Origin: Deltaproteobacteria bacterium
Lineage (GTDB): Bacteria > Myxococcota_A > Polyangia > Polyangiales > Houyiibacteriaceae
Direction: 5' to 3'
Assembly: GCA_034670305.1 (NCBI GenBank)
Contig: JAXMNT010000002.1
Location: 1-64,000, forward strand
DNA: 64,000 nucleotides
Shown: in pieces, positions 62,430-64,000 of the stretch
How the letters are laid out: every line of letters begins with the position of its first letter
Numbering within the stretch: position 1 is the stretch's first letter
The notes under the pieces: model-generated
Databases searched by the model: none
What the model was told of the DNA's origin: nothing
What the model saw: only the letters and a program-made list of their open reading frames with translations
Position numbers and translations under genes: made by a program

Positions 62430-63545
62430 ATGACTGAAACGATCGACGCTGAAACCGAGTCCCTTCTTCAATCCTACGGGTTCGACGCCCAACGTTTCTC
62501 CCAGCTCCAAGAGCGTCTTCGGGCCGATCTCGCCGGTCCCGAGAGCAACCGCATCCAAGGTGCGGTGGAGCCGCCGACTCCCGACGAGCTCACCACGTTG
62601 CCCCCGGTCGGCAGCCCCGAGCGAGATGCGCTTGCCGCGCTCGGCAACCAAGCGATCCAGGCCGGCGAAGTCGGTGTGGTGGTGCTCGCAGGCGGCATGG
62701 CGACCCGGTTCGGCGGCGTCGTGAAGGCGTCGGTCCCGGCGATCGACGAACACACCTTCCTCGATCTGAAGCTGATGGACTTCCAGGCCGCCGCGCGCAG
62801 CGCAGGTGGTCACGTGCCGGTCTACTTGATGACCAGCTTCGCGACCCACGCGGATGTGAAAGCGCTCGGCGCCAAGTTCCACAGCGACGCGCTCGAGGTC
62901 GAAGCGTTCCCCCAGCTGATCAACCTGCGGCTGCGCGCCGACGGTTCGCTCTTTCGCACCACCGACGGATCCCTCTCCCCGTACGCGCCTGGGCATGGCG
63001 ACCTGACCTTCGCGCTGCGCCGCGCCGGACTGCTCGATCGTTTTCGCAAGGCGGGCGGCAAACACCTGATGATGTCCAACGTCGACAACCTCACGGCCAC
63101 TCTCGATCCAGCGATCATCGGTGCGCACCTTCAGGGCGACCGACCGATGACCGCGGAGATGGCGCCCAAACGGCCCGGCGACAAAGGCGGCGCACCGGCA
63201 CGGGTCGACGGACGTTTGCAGATCGTGGAGTCGTTCCGGTTCCCCGAGACGTTCGACCAAGACCTGATCCCCGTCTTCAACACCAACACGCTGGTGTTCG
63301 ACGCGGCCGCGATCGATCGCGACTTCGACCTGACCTGGTTCGCGGTGCAGAAGAAGGTCGATGGGCTGGACGCGGTCCAGTTCGAGCGCCTCGTCGGAGA
63401 GCTCACGGCGTTCCTTCCGGCCACCTACCTCACCGTCGCGCGCGACGGCAGCGACGCGCGCTTTCAGCCTGTGAAGGATCCCGCCGAGCTCGTGCGCCGC
63501 CAGCCCGAGCTGCGTGCGGCGCTGAGCGCACGAGGCATTCTCTGA
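62430..63545 (+). CDS. UDPGP-family (eukaryote-type) UTP--sugar-1-phosphate uridylyltransferase
   Basis: LAGGMATRFG..K, LMTS, PGHGD, SNVDNL, KGG, FNTN, QFE, RFQPVK. Confidence 0.88.
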   Translation: MTETIDAETESLLQSYGFDAQRFSQLQERLRADLAGPESNRIQGAVEPPTPDELTTLPPVGSPERDALAALGNQAIQAGEVGVVVLAGGMATRFGGVVKASVPAIDEHTFLDLKLMDFQAAARSAGGHVPVYLMTSFATHADVKALGAKFHSDALEVEAFPQLINLRLRADGSLFRTTDGSLSPYAPGHGDLTFALRRAGLLDRFRKAGGKHLMMSNVDNLTATLDPAIIGAHLQGDRPMTAEMAPKRPGDKGGAPARVDGRLQIVESFRFPETFDQDLIPVFNTNTLVFDAAAIDRDFDLTWFAVQKKVDGLDAVQFERLVGELTAFLPATYLTVARDGSDARFQPVKDPAELVRRQPELRAALSARGIL

Positions 63546-64000
63546 ACACGCGCGCCGCAGCACTTGCGGCGTCGGTCGGGCTGGCGTCGCTCTTCGGCTG
63601 TACCGCCGAGAGTCCCGTCGAGTGCCACTTCGCCGACGACTCCGAGATCGCACGCGCCCAGCGCATGTTCGATGGCGTCGCGTTCGCCACCGATCCGTTG
63701 CGCGCCGTGTGGTCCGAGGAGGATGGCCTGTTCTGGCGGCCGCTCGACGCGGCTGGGGCAGCGGCGGGCGACACGGTTCGGCTGGGCGCGCGCTGCGGGG
63801 GCGGGCTCGCGACGACGACGTCCGACGGGTCCACCTGGCTCGCCTGCGCCCGTCGACCGGACGACGACAAAGACGTCGCGGGCGTGCTCAGCATCGAACG
63901 CCGAGACGGCTCGGGCGAGGTCGTCCAGCGCACCCTGGTTCGGCCGGTCGGGCGGGATGCGGCCGGCGTCTCCATGGTGGCGAGTGGCGGCGGCGTGCGG
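63542..64000 (+). CDS. Putative lipoprotein, partial (runs off window); apparent CTG start
   Basis: Frame read manually and open to the window end: (L/M)NTRAAALAASVGLASLFG-CTAESPVEC...; GAGG SD at 63532; CTGA overlap with the upstream stop. Confidence 0.7.
   Translation, partial: MNTRAAALAASVGLASLFGCTAESPVECHFADDSEIARAQRMFDGVAFATDPLRAVWSEEDGLFWRPLDAAGAAAGDTVRLGARCGGGLATTTSDGSTWLACARRPDDDKDVAGVLSIERRDGSGEVVQRTLVRPVGRDAAGVSMVASGGGVR

Overview
High-GC bacterial chromosomal window with myxobacterial hallmarks: a MYXO-CTERM protein, Cys-rich 'DAG' lipoproteins, a Ser/Thr kinase and a DUF4388-type regulator. It is most consistent with Myxococcota/Polyangia (inference). About 50 CDS can be supported. 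I saw no rRNA, tRNA, CRISPR array, transposase or phage genes. Recognisable content: orphan N4-C-type DNA methyltransferase, biotin-dependent acyl-CoA carboxylase operon, purE, a SulP + DabA(DUF2309) + two NuoL/NuoM-like inorganic-carbon uptake operon, P450, gor, UDG, two tandem sensor kinases plus a large multi-domain response regulator, obgE, queG, a TonB-family protein and a UDPGP-family pyrophosphorylase. The best candidate for an undescribed system is the minus-strand three-gene operon at 1726-4598. It encodes two different small proteins that each align by eye to the Ku DNA-end-binding core, followed by a minimal ATP-dependent DNA ligase with a WGR-like C-terminus. This could be a heterodimeric-Ku, LigD-independent end-joining module. 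Other notable signals: a secreted leader ORF ending in the RAPP ribosome-arrest motif upstream of the DAB carbon-uptake operon, two genes that appear to start at CTG through CTGA stop/start overlaps, about ten degenerate NCCGAN hexamer tracts (one apparently translated inside a signal peptide), and a 100-bp tandem-duplicated element with terminal inverted repeats. All family calls come from motif recognition by eye; no searches were run.
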